Positions 17,608-26,549 of a stretch of 61,203 nt of DNA are shown in pieces. The notes beneath the pieces are model-generated. The model saw only the letters and a list, made by a program, of their open reading frames with translations, was not told the origin of the DNA and did not search any database. The stretch lies in the IMG/VR virus record IMGVR_UViG_3300042564_004703, positions 1 to 61,203 of that record; one strand, 5' to 3'. The first letter of the stretch is position 1. Each line of letters opens with the position of its first letter. The translations under genes and the position numbers were made by a program. The DNA is from a virus. Its lineage: Duplodnaviria; Caudoviricetes.

Positions 17608-17740
17608 GTATAATTAAATTTTCACTGTTAACTTCTATCTCCACTTGCACGTTTTTAATTGCCTTTTCAAAAGCATCAAAACTATCATATTCTTTACCGT
17701 CTAAAAAATACCTAAAATTACCTTGTGTCTTCATATTGTT

Positions 17741-18379
17741 TTATTTTAACTCCATTAATCTGTCAACTCCAATTGCAAATCCAACACCTCCTTCGTACTC
17801 TCCACCACCACAAACTTGTTTACTACTTCCTAGTTCTTCACAAGTAATTTCAAAACCTTTGCCTTCTTTATAATAATCTAATCCTCTTTTAACATCAAAA
17901 TTAAAATTAATAAATATTTCTTTAGTGTACTTTGCAATCAAGTTACTTGCTAATTGTGGTAACTTAAATCCACTTCCAATATAATCAGTTGTTGGGTTTA
18001 TAATTTCAACACCTAATTGTGTAAACTGTCTCCAACGTCCGAATTGTGGTTTTTCTCCGCGGAAACATTCAGCAACATAAAATAGCTTAATATCTTTTTT
18101 ATCTTTAAAATATGTAGAAGCTAACTTTTGCACAACAGCTGTATACTCTGGAGCTAGACATAAATCTCTACCACCTCTATCAGTTAAATTATACATCATG
18201 TTGTTATTTTCTTCTCCTACTTTTCCCGCAAAAATTTCAGAATGTTGTATAACAGGAATTTGAATTTCAACAAAACCTTCTTCTTTTAAATACTCTCGGC
18301 ATTTTTGTAAATATTCTTGTTTTTCATTCCCTAAAAGAATCCTAGTTCCTTTGTAACAAGTTTCTTTAATTGTCTCCAT
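17741..18379 (-). CDS. Minimal histidyl-tRNA synthetase-like protein (catalytic core only)
   Basis: Class II motifs: GFVEIQIP, LAPEYTA, FRGEKPQFGRWRQFTQLGVE, RGLDYY, GGGEY..GVGFAIGVDRL; ends right after motif 3. Confidence 0.85.
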   Translation of the reverse strand: METIKETCYKGTRILLGNEKQEYLQKCREYLKEEGFVEIQIPVIQHSEIFAGKVGEENNNMMYNLTDRGGRDLCLAPEYTAVVQKLASTYFKDKKDIKLFYVAECFRGEKPQFGRWRQFTQLGVEIINPTTDYIGSGFKLPQLASNLIAKYTKEIFINFNFDVKRGLDYYKEGKGFEITCEELGSSKQVCGGGEYEGGVGFAIGVDRLMELK

Positions 18380-18554
18380 ATAACTCTTTCAATTTATACT
18401 GCAACTCTCTATTTAACTCTATATCTCTTTCATACTCACTTTTAAATTTAGACGAATACATAGAATTTTCGTGAGAATAAAGACAGTCTAATAAATAACC
18501 ATAAAACTCTTCGTCTCTTTTAAAGAACCACCAAAGTAATTTAATTTTTTTCAT
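18366..18554 (-). CDS. Hypothetical protein
   Basis: 62 aa, overlaps the HisRS start. Confidence 0.6.
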   Translation of the reverse strand: MKKIKLLWWFFKRDEEFYGYLLDCLYSHENSMYSSKFKSEYERDIELNRELQYKLKELYGDN

Positions 18555-18808
18555 ATTGTTTTAATTTTTAAATTTAAAGGCTTGACGATATTGTTCCAGT
18601 AGAACCTCACACTTAGCTTATATCCAGATACTTCCGCTAAAAAGCACAGAAGCGATAAGCACCTTAAAAAGAGATTTGGACGTGGACTCAAAGTTCCTTT
18701 ACCTCTTCGGTATCTCTACTAACATTGCGTTGTTAGACCTATCTTTCACGAGTGTGTAAAACTCTAAAGACTCTCCCTCTGCTAGTTACACCTTCAAGGG
18801 ACTGGTTG

Positions 18809-18990
18809 TTAGTGTGGTAGGGTTTGCACCTACAATGGTCTATCAGTTCTTTCTTTTTGACGGGCGATATAAAGTCCACTTTATACCTCCACTACTACTG
18901 ATATAGCGTCTACGTCTCTTTGTTTGCACTCTACCTTTTACAATTTACCCAACCTACTTATCAGTTGGAACGCCTTTTCGCCACACACTA
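18809..18990 (-). ncRNA. tRNA-like RNA with expanded D-loop and anticodon arm
   Basis: Acceptor TAGTGTG/CACACTA, D-arm TGGCGAAA...GTAGACGC, T-arm GTAGG-TGCAAAC-CCTAC; ~182 nt because of inserts. Confidence 0.6.
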
Positions 18991-19242
18991 TCCACGTTTT
19001 TTACAGAAACAATTAAACTGATATCATCTACTATTACTCATAGTATTTTGGTTTTGATATGAAACCACGTTTTAAAAGCACTCGTGCCTCGTTGTCCGCC
19101 GACAAAAAATTAAAAAAGAAACTGATATAGATTTACATCAAAAGTTTTTACAGCTCTACAGTACACTGCTCTTACTCACTTTTAATCACTATATCAACCA
19201 TTGACTGTGAACTTGGTTTTGTCTCTGTGTTTTTAATTCTTC

Positions 19243-19275
19243 TGCAAATATACGAAATTATTTTTAATTATCCAA
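19243..19275 (-). promoter_or_regulatory. Promoter for the RNA-rich leader and HisRS unit
   Basis: Minus strand TTG...TATATTTG. Confidence 0.6.
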
Positions 19276-19276
19276 A

Positions 19277-19927
19277 TTATTTTCCATAAATATAATCTAA
19301 AATTTCTCCAACTAAACCACTTCTATGATTTTCCTTTAGTTTTATCCATTTAATACCTTCTATATTTTTTGATAATTCTATTGCAAAATCTAATCCTGTA
19401 TAAGTTTCATTAGTGTCCCTCTGAGATGAATCCCCGTTAATTACTATTTTTCCAGTTGTTCCTAGTCTTGTTAATATAGCCTCCATTTCCCCTTTTGTTA
19501 AATTTTGAGCCTCTTCAACAATTAAAATATCATCAATAGTTTTACCTCTAATAAACTGTATAGGTAGCGCTTGTATTTTTCCATTTTTAACAAGCTCGTC
19601 TATTTTTAATTTATCCGTACACTTATATAAATTTTCTACAAGGGCTTCCATATAAGGATTGAATTTTTCTTTCAAATCTCCTGGTAAAAATCCTAAACTT
19701 TTTCCTACTTCAATAGCACTTCTAGCAACTAATACTTTTTCACATTGTTTTGTGTTTAGGAAATCTAATGCTGTAATTGCTCCAACTAAACTTTTTCCAG
19801 ACCCAGCTCTTCCAGTTACAATTACAATTTGATTATTTAAAATTAAAGCTTTAGCTTCTTTTTGTTCTTCATTAAGTTGTACATTATACTTAATTTCACT
19901 CTTTCTAACTCTGTTTGGTTCTTTCAT
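19277..19927 (-). CDS. phoH: PhoH-family ATPase
   Basis: GRAGSGKS Walker A, LGFLPGDLKEK, FIRGKT, EEAQN, LTRLG, GDSSQ, HRS; likely start MKEPNR. Confidence 0.92.
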   Translation of the reverse strand: MKEPNRVRKSEIKYNVQLNEEQKEAKALILNNQIVIVTGRAGSGKSLVGAITALDFLNTKQCEKVLVARSAIEVGKSLGFLPGDLKEKFNPYMEALVENLYKCTDKLKIDELVKNGKIQALPIQFIRGKTIDDILIVEEAQNLTKGEMEAILTRLGTTGKIVINGDSSQRDTNETYTGLDFAIELSKNIEGIKWIKLKENHRSGLVGEILDYIYGK

Positions 19928-19929
19928 AT

Positions 19930-20340
19930 TTATTTTAGTAATTGTTTTTGATAAACTCGGCAATAAACCCATCTGTTCAAACTATTCTCATCTGTAAGGC
20001 AGTTGTTGCAGATTATGGCTTGTGTTTCTTTTAGTGTTAATTCTGATTTACTGTATGCAAATTCAAGGATTGTTTTTTTAATCTTTTTTCCGCCCTTAAT
20101 CAAAGCTTTAACCTCCTTGCTTGAACTTTCGTAATTTCGCCAAGCGGATTCTTTTGTTACAGCTTTTTTCCCGCGCCCACGAGTAGAAGTAAGATTCTTT
20201 TTTCCGTAATAGTAAAAAGGAGTTCCAATTATTTCTATGAGGTATGTGAAGCCTATAGCTAGAGGAGGTACAGTAAAATCTTTACTACCTTTATATTCCC
20301 ATTGTGCTTTTTCTGCTGTTGTTTTTTTAACTGCCATCAA
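19930..20340 (-). CDS. GIY-YIG-like nuclease
   Basis: GFTYLI...YYGKK...WRNYESSS pattern. Confidence 0.6.
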   Translation of the reverse strand: MMAVKKTTAEKAQWEYKGSKDFTVPPLAIGFTYLIEIIGTPFYYYGKKNLTSTRGRGKKAVTKESAWRNYESSSKEVKALIKGGKKIKKTILEFAYSKSELTLKETQAIICNNCLTDENSLNRWVYCRVYQKQLLK

Positions 20341-20494
20341 ACATTTTATTTAGTTCTTCTTCTGTTTCGTATGTATAATCTTTATTTTTCCACCTTTCAA
20401 ATGCACAATCTTTTACCCAACAATCACATATTAAACATTCTCCGTTGTGGTCTGGTTTACATGGTGTTTCTTTTTTATTTATTTTTGGCGGCAT
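20327..20494 (-). CDS. 55-aa Cys-rich protein (below ORF-track cutoff)
   Basis: Manual translation MPPKINKKETPCKPDHNGECLICDCWVKDCAF...; fills the gap between neighbours. Confidence 0.6.
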   Translation of the reverse strand: MPPKINKKETPCKPDHNGECLICDCWVKDCAFERWKNKDYTYETEEELNKMFDGS

Positions 20495-20780
20495 CTAAAT
20501 ATTGTTTAAAAGTTTCTTTCAGTTCAATCATTGGTTTACCAAGATTTTTATTTTCCAAGAATAACGATGAATATAAATCATATAAATCTTCTTTTATTTC
20601 TTTTTGTACCTCTAAAAGATTTTGACCCCAAGCATAAACAGGAAAGTCTCTTACTGTTAAAATATATTCTCCGTGCTCTTTTATTATATCTACTTTTATT
20701 GGTTTTTCAAGTTTTATTTCTTTAAAACTTCTTAATTCCCAATATGTTTCTGTTACTGTCTTTTTAGTTTTTGGCGGCAT
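20475..20780 (-). CDS. Hypothetical protein
   Basis: 101 aa; YAWGQNLLEV loosely resembles a HicB-type fold (weak). Confidence 0.65.
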   Translation of the reverse strand: MPPKTKKTVTETYWELRSFKEIKLEKPIKVDIIKEHGEYILTVRDFPVYAWGQNLLEVQKEIKEDLYDLYSSLFLENKNLGKPMIELKETFKQYLDAAKNK

Positions 20781-21216
20781 ATCTTTTCTGTATTAATCTG
20801 TTGTGTCTTTTGGCTTGTTTATTACTATCTTCCGCAAAATCGTTTAGCATCTTTAACATTACTTCCTTACTTCTATCTTCATTGTTTTCTACGGCGTTTT
20901 TCCAATAATTCGTGAAATAAAAATGACAGATAAATGTTATTTCATTTCTTAACCACTTAAACATTGGGATTTGACTTATTAAGTATAGTAAAACCCACGG
21001 CGCGCCAAAAAGAAATAAAACAGAAAAAGTCACAAACTTCTTAATCCCTTTATCATCATTAAAAGTATCAAACAAATAATTACCAGCAATAAAACTGTTT
21101 ATTATCAAGTATATGTATATTATGTGTGTTGTCATATTTTTATTTATTATTTTTTCGCGCCAAAAAAAGTTTAAAACGGAAATATCTAAAACAGAAATTA
21201 TCCTCACTCTCAACAC
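20764..21216 (-). CDS. Membrane protein (likely start MTTHII)
   Basis: Two TM segments. Confidence 0.6.
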   Translation of the reverse strand: MLRVRIISVLDISVLNFFWREKIINKNMTTHIIYIYLIINSFIAGNYLFDTFNDDKGIKKFVTFSVLFLFGAPWVLLYLISQIPMFKWLRNEITFICHFYFTNYWKNAVENNEDRSKEVMLKMLNDFAEDSNKQAKRHNRLIQKRYAAKN

Positions 21217-21312
21217 AATGGTTAAGACACATTTTTAAAAACCAAATTTTTAGCTTGTTCATTTTTTAAGTTATAATTCTGGCAAAAATGTTTAGTTTCT
21301 GCCAGATGTTAA

Positions 21313-21756
21313 TTATTTATTTTGTCTGTCTCTGCATAATGTAATATAACCTTGTAAGTCTTCTCTTAAATCTGCTACGTTTACAAAACTTTCTTTGTGA
21401 AATGTTCTTTGGTCTAAAAACTCTTTATATTGTTTTGTGGCGGCGGCATATTTATCGGCATTTGAAATTGTTGGTGGCTTATCATACATTGGTTTTTCGT
21501 TTTCTCCAAATTCGTATTCATCTTTAACCATAGCAACCGCAATTCTCATCTTAATCGCAGTGGCTCCTTTATCGCTGCGCATTTCAGCTGCGTGCATCAT
21601 TTTAGTGTGCCAAGGTCTTAAATCTGCTTTTAAATCTAAAAATCTTTGTTGATATTCTAACAAAGTATCTTTATTTGCATCCCCGACAGAAGTAAAGTTT
21701 TTAAAAGACTGTCTTGTATTTTCGTATTCTTCAATTATTTCTTCTAACGGTCTCAT
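21313..21756 (-). CDS. Helical protein, possible UvsY-like recombination mediator
   Basis: Directly downstream of recA, all-helical, ADKYAAATKQY. Confidence 0.4.
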   Translation of the reverse strand: MRPLEEIIEEYENTRQSFKNFTSVGDANKDTLLEYQQRFLDLKADLRPWHTKMMHAAEMRSDKGATAIKMRIAVAMVKDEYEFGENEKPMYDKPPTISNADKYAAATKQYKEFLDQRTFHKESFVNVADLREDLQGYITLCRDRQNK

Positions 21757-21757
21757 A

Positions 21758-22744
21758 TTATAACTGCTGTTTTAAAAATTCAAAATCTTCTGGGTTTGCT
21801 TTTAAGTATTCTGCAAATTTATCTGTTCCTTGTACTTTCTTTTCTTCGCCGAATCTGTCAGGAAATGTAATCCAACCTGCTCCGCCTACTTTTGCAACTT
21901 CTGTTTCACAAAAAATTTGTGCGCACTCATCTGCTTCTTTAAAACCGCCATCATAATAAAAATTTAAAGTAATTACTTCTTTTTTATCAAAAGCTCCTGC
22001 TTTACTTTTACGGATTCTAATATCTAATTTGTGACCTACGACATTTTTATTTTCATCTCTAATTAAATCTTTTTTAGTAAAATCTAAATGAGTAAAAGGC
22101 ATATATTTGTTAAATTGTCCTCCAGGTAAAACTTTGCTATCACCGTGCATTACTCCAGGGTTTTCTCTCCACTGATTTAATATAATTAAAGCTGTTCCTC
22201 TTCTAGCACAATTTGCATTAATGATTGGTAATCTTGTGCCCAGTTTCTTTGCTTCAACACCTATAGAATACTCCTCAGCAGATTTTGCTTCCACGGCAAC
22301 AGAATAAAAAGCTTTAATAGAATCTACAATAATTCCACAAATATCTTCACTTTGAGAAAAAGCTTCTGCTGTATCTAACATGTTTTCAAGAACAGAGTCT
22401 TTATAAACAATCAGTCTGTTTTTATCTAATTCAAATCTTTCTAAATGGTTGTCTGTTATTGTTTGCTCACCATCAAGCATAACAACTGTTTTATTTGGGT
22501 ATTTTGTTTGAAGTTCTCTTGCCATAATTAAAGCAATACTACTTTTTCCACTTCCCTCCCAGCCAGTTAACAATGTCATAGCTCCTAATGGAACTACTTT
22601 ATTGTCCATGTAATAATCTAAATAAGCACTTCCAGAAGAACTGAAATCTAGATTTAGTGTCTCAATTTCTGATACTTTTTTTACTTGGTCTTGTTCTGCT
22701 TTTCCTTTGTTTAATTTTTTAAGTGTTTCTTCTAATGTGGGCAT
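21758..22744 (-). CDS. recA: RecA/UvsX-like recombinase
   Basis: GWEGSGKS Walker A, DGEQ, IIVDSI Walker B, LNQWR, PGG. Confidence 0.9.
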   Translation of the reverse strand: MPTLEETLKKLNKGKAEQDQVKKVSEIETLNLDFSSSGSAYLDYYMDNKVVPLGAMTLLTGWEGSGKSSIALIMARELQTKYPNKTVVMLDGEQTITDNHLERFELDKNRLIVYKDSVLENMLDTAEAFSQSEDICGIIVDSIKAFYSVAVEAKSAEEYSIGVEAKKLGTRLPIINANCARRGTALIILNQWRENPGVMHGDSKVLPGGQFNKYMPFTHLDFTKKDLIRDENKNVVGHKLDIRIRKSKAGAFDKKEVITLNFYYDGGFKEADECAQIFCETEVAKVGGAGWITFPDRFGEEKKVQGTDKFAEYLKANPEDFEFLKQQL

Positions 22745-22755
22745 AATTTGTATAT

Positions 22756-23499
22756 TTAATCTGTTATTTCTACTTTATAGTTAATTAATGCTTGATAAAC
22801 TTCGGGTTTTATTTTATCTTTCCACTTATCAGCTTTTTCTTTTACATAATCTTCTTTTGCTGTTTTATATGCTTCTGACGCTTCTTTTGCTGTTTTATAA
22901 GTACCTATTCTAAATGACTTATTATCTTTTGATAAATTAGCACAAAAATTTCCAACTATACTTAAAGTTACACCAATAGGTAGTTTTTTATTTCTATAAT
23001 CAACATATAAGAGACTATTTATTTCTTGCGGAACAAAACAACAAGTTTCAGGAGAATATATTTTATTACCTTTCACTAAAATATCCTTATCTAATTGCCA
23101 AGTATTATCCATCCAAGGTTTCCAGTTTTCTTCATACCATTTTGCAAAATTTTGAAAATTATACCATTCTTCACATACTGTCTTATCCGAATAAGATTTT
23201 TGCTTAACATGAAAATTTTCATCGTAACATCTCCATAAAACTAACTTCCACAATGAAAATGCTTTTTTATAAACACCTGTACTGTATTTTCCAAAACCAA
23301 TATAACCTTTATTATAAAAAGATTTATTGTTTTTATTTTTTACCTTCCCTTTTGTTAAGTTATGATATGTTATATTTTTAATTATAGTACTATCGTTTAG
23401 TTTTATAGTAATATTTTCAGAGTTAAAATACTCTATAATTTCTGCTTCAAACCCTTCATTAGTTGTAAACTTTTCACCTATTCTACTCAAATCTTTCAT
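22756..23499 (-). CDS. HNH-type homing endonuclease with C-terminal AP2-like region
   Basis: VCEEWYNFQNFAKW..WQLDKDIL..YSPETCCFVPQEIN motif. Confidence 0.8.
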   Translation of the reverse strand: MKDLSRIGEKFTTNEGFEAEIIEYFNSENITIKLNDSTIIKNITYHNLTKGKVKNKNNKSFYNKGYIGFGKYSTGVYKKAFSLWKLVLWRCYDENFHVKQKSYSDKTVCEEWYNFQNFAKWYEENWKPWMDNTWQLDKDILVKGNKIYSPETCCFVPQEINSLLYVDYRNKKLPIGVTLSIVGNFCANLSKDNKSFRIGTYKTAKEASEAYKTAKEDYVKEKADKWKDKIKPEVYQALINYKVEITD

Positions 23500-23869
23500 T
23501 ATGTTTATAATTAATTCTTTCTGATATTATTGGTATTAAATTTTTAAATACTTCTTGTGCTTTTGGATATATTTTCATTTGCTTTATTTTTTCTTGTGAT
23601 AAGTTGTCAAATTTTAAATGGCATTCATTATCACTGTACAAACCACAAAGATATAAAACATTTAAGTCTGAACACATTACAGATTTAAAATATTGCTTAG
23701 GAAGTACATGTGCCACCTCTGAAACATCACCTCTCAATTGCTCGCCACAGTTCTCACAGCACTTTTTCTCTTTTTTAATAATATCTACATGTTTCATAAA
23801 AAAATTTGGTAGACACTCTCTTTCGGATTTTCTTTTTTCTAATCCTTTTTTACTATATCGCCTAATCAT
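23483..23869 (-). CDS. Small Zn-binding HNH nuclease (NinG-like)
   Basis: CENC...AHVLPK...N..YLC...CH. Confidence 0.65.
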   Translation of the reverse strand: MIRRYSKKGLEKRKSERECLPNFFMKHVDIIKKEKKCCENCGEQLRGDVSEVAHVLPKQYFKSVMCSDLNVLYLCGLYSDNECHLKFDNLSQEKIKQMKIYPKAQEVFKNLIPIISERINYKHNERFE

Positions 23870-24146
23870 TTATGAAGTAAGCAGCATGATTGTACTGTTT
23901 ATAGTAATGGTCCAGATAATACACCTTATCGCCGTCGGTCAGGTAAGTTCTTAATTTTTTCAATTTTCTTGTTCTTTTTATAATGCCGTTTAAATGTAAA
24001 AATCTAAACTGCTCTGGTGACATGTATTCGTAGTTTGGATTTTCGCGTATATTTTTAACTTCGGCGATTTGCTCTTCCGTATATCCTATTTTAATTAAGA
24101 ATTCTCTATATTCTTCCCAAACAATTCTTTTATAATTATCTTCCAT
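23862..24146 (-). CDS. Hypothetical protein
   Basis: 94 aa; promoter-like sequence upstream. Confidence 0.65.
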   Translation of the reverse strand: MEDNYKRIVWEEYREFLIKIGYTEEQIAEVKNIRENPNYEYMSPEQFRFLHLNGIIKRTRKLKKLRTYLTDGDKVYYLDHYYKQYNHAAYFIND

Positions 24147-24209
24147 TTTTTAATTTTTTATTATTGCAATAATACGAAATTTTTTTGAATTATGCAAGTT
24201 TTTCGTGAA

Positions 24210-24590
24210 CTATTTTAAAATTTCTATTATTTGCTGTTTTAGTTTTTCTTGCGCCGAATTAAAGTTAAAATTGTCTCGCATCCAACTCAAATATTTCTTA
24301 TCTTCTATAAAGGCTTGTTGAACTGTTTTGTCTTTTAACTTACCAACAGGAATTATTTCGTCAAAAACTCTAGGTTCTTTTTCTAATATTCCTTTTTCCC
24401 TTGGTACGTATGCTTTTTTATTTCTTTTTATATAATCTATTAAAGCAGTTCTTAATTCTTCTTTATCCGTTTCTCCTGCCGCCCATTTCACTTCGTTATC
24501 TTCGTCTAAATAATAATGTGCATCTTTTACCCACCAATGACTACTTTTATCTTTAAACTGCTTTATAAGAATTTCTGAAGATTTTTTCAT
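24210..24590 (-). CDS. Protein with C-terminal DUF3820/ExoX-C-like motif
   Basis: IPVGKLKDKTV...DKKYLSWMRDN. Confidence 0.6.
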   Translation of the reverse strand: MKKSSEILIKQFKDKSSHWWVKDAHYYLDEDNEVKWAAGETDKEELRTALIDYIKRNKKAYVPREKGILEKEPRVFDEIIPVGKLKDKTVQQAFIEDKKYLSWMRDNFNFNSAQEKLKQQIIEILK

Positions 24591-24739
24591 AAATTTCGAG
24601 AACTTTCATAGTTAAAGTATTGATTTTATTGATGTTTTTTATTAGTTGTACATATATAATAGTTAGCAAACAGCTTTGTTGGAATGGAAAAAAGAAACTA
24701 CCAAGAAAGTTTATTGTTATCGTTATTAAAAAAGTAACA

Positions 24740-24979
24740 ATGGAAGAAGTAATAAAACTAAAATTTAAAAGATGTCCACCGTTTGAAAAGGAAAAGCACT
24801 TAAATTTTACTTCACAACAAGCAAGATTTTTCAAAAAAATTGAAAATTATTGTGAGTCATCAACCGAAAAACAAATAGAAGTGTTAATAGATATTATTAA
24901 ACCTTATTATACAAGACAATCAAAAGAGTCTTTAGGCTTTCCTTTAAAGTATAATTTACTTAATGTCTCTACGAATTAA
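24740..24979 (+). CDS. Cassette cA sense gene (79 aa from MEEVIK)
   Basis: In-frame ATG 78 bp after the GTT core; converges on partner with a 24-bp overlap. Confidence 0.6.
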   Translation: MEEVIKLKFKRCPPFEKEKHLNFTSQQARFFKKIENYCESSTEKQIEVLIDIIKPYYTRQSKESLGFPLKYNLLNVSTN

Positions 24980-25354
24980 TGTGTGTTCGTAGTCGTAAAG
25001 GTCTCGATGTGAATAGTTTCTGATATTACCATTTTCATCTTTACATTTGTATAATACCTCATTTGAAATTTCATTGTCAATAAAAATATCAATTATTTCG
25101 TACCATTGTGGTTTTACTTTACGTTGATTAGAATGAAAATACACTTCTTGACCAACCCTAAACCAAGCTCCTGGAAATACCTCATTTGTTAGAAAAAGAT
25201 TATTTTCCATATCTCTGTAAGTTACTCCATCTTGGTGCGTAAAATCATAAACAGGTATATTATGCGAGGTTTTGTATGTGTTAACTTTAGTTATTGTAAC
25301 TAAACTATTATCTAAACCCCAATAAACTTTTTGAAACAAATTGAATCTTGGCAT
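24956..25354 (-). CDS. Cassette cA inward gene with tandem small beta-barrel-like repeats
   Basis: Two similar halves (FNLFQKVY.. and FRVGQEVY..); own -7 box TAAGTTTG. Confidence 0.7.
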   Translation of the reverse strand: MPRFNLFQKVYWGLDNSLVTITKVNTYKTSHNIPVYDFTHQDGVTYRDMENNLFLTNEVFPGAWFRVGQEVYFHSNQRKVKPQWYEIIDIFIDNEISNEVLYKCKDENGNIRNYSHRDLYDYEHTLIRRDIK

Positions 25355-25421
25355 GTGTAAATTTTTAAAATTTTTACCAAACTTACGAAAATATTTATAA
25401 CTTTGAAAATAAAAGCCGATT

Positions 25422-25554
25422 TGCTAACAGCGGTTTTGTGCAAGTGGCAGGTTAGTGAGTGTTTGAAAGCACTCGGCACGAATAAAAAACAGTAATAATC
25501 GGCAAAGTTCAGGCTCAATCGTGCCACCTGACACAAAGCCACAAAACGTTATAT
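25422..25554 (+). repeat. attC-like site H
   Basis: TGCTAAC-AGCGGTTTTGTGCAAGTGGCA...TGCCACCTGACACAAAGCCACAAAAC-GTTATAT. Confidence 0.85.
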
Positions 25555-25626
25555 GAAATGCCTTGCTTACCGTTTCCAATTGAAGTTCCGTTAATGAAAA
25601 ACAAAAAGAAAAAAGCCACCGCACTT

Positions 25627-26304
25627 TTAAAATAAGGTGTTTTCAATATATTTATCTTTAACCTTATAACTTGCATCATATCTTTGGTTATCTCCTTTTG
25701 GGTATGGTTCAATCTTAAATTTCAATTTCTTTAGCATATCATTTTTTTGTCGTTTATCTCCTATAAAATAAAAATATCTATGCTTCCTATCTCTTTCAGC
25801 AAAATACAAATCATCTCCAAATTTTTCTTTTAGCCATTTACCTCTGTCTTTTTGCCCTCTACTCATATCAAAAATTGTAGATGTATGCAAGTGTTCCATC
25901 CCTCTTACTTTATAATCACTAACTTTAGCTGACAATCCCGTATAAATCCAATTTGTAGCTTGATAAATATAACCGTTATGTCCTTTTGATGTATCGGCAT
26001 AACTAACAATCACATTGGGTTTTGGGATATGATTTAAACATTTTGATAAGAACCAACTTAATATATTTTTCTCTAATCCTTCATCAACACAAAGCCTATT
26101 TAATTCAATAACATTATAATCAGAATATACACTTCTAATTGCGTTACTTGCAGGAGTTCCAAAGCTACATATACCTTTGATTTCATTATCTAAAATCAAA
26201 CCAAATAAAAATGTAATTGGTGGCATACGTTTAGCATAGTGCTTGTTTAAAATCCACTCCTTACCTTTTTCTTTAGGTATTATTTCTACTTTATAATTTA
26301 GCAT
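25627..26304 (-). CDS. Mom-like GNAT DNA-modification enzyme (cassette cB cargo)
   Basis: KHY...SFG...ELNRLC...VSYAD...GH.GYIYQATNWIYTG...KHRY match the Mu Mom family. Confidence 0.8.
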   Translation of the reverse strand: MLNYKVEIIPKEKGKEWILNKHYAKRMPPITFLFGLILDNEIKGICSFGTPASNAIRSVYSDYNVIELNRLCVDEGLEKNILSWFLSKCLNHIPKPNVIVSYADTSKGHNGYIYQATNWIYTGLSAKVSDYKVRGMEHLHTSTIFDMSRGQKDRGKWLKEKFGDDLYFAERDRKHRYFYFIGDKRQKNDMLKKLKFKIEPYPKGDNQRYDASYKVKDKYIENTLF

Positions 26305-26480
26305 ATCTCTTGTATTCTTTCAGGAAATATTCTTATTATTTCTCCTTTTGAGTTATGCAATTCAACAAACAAAGTATCATTTTCATAATAATCATTTGTA
26401 TAAATCATTACTTCTTCTATCTGTGATATTGTGGTTTCATCTAAACCATCTGTATCAATTACTTTTACATTTTTTGCCAT
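26298..26480 (-). CDS. Small hypothetical protein (cassette cB cargo)
   Basis: 60 aa, overlaps the Mom-like start. Confidence 0.6.
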   Translation of the reverse strand: MAKNVKVIDTDGLDETTISQIEEVMIYTNDYYENDTLFVELHNSKGEIIRIFPERIQEIC

Positions 26481-26549
26481 CGCTTTTTTTCTTTTTGTTT
26501 TTCTGTTTAGTGTTTCAATTGGGGTTTATCGTAAATAAGTCGGCACTTC

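Noticed and set aside
18809-18990. Canonical tRNA or tmRNA call
   Set aside because: No 7-nt anticodon loop, oversized D-loop, and no tmRNA-type GGGG 5' end or tag frame recognised; kept only as tRNA-like
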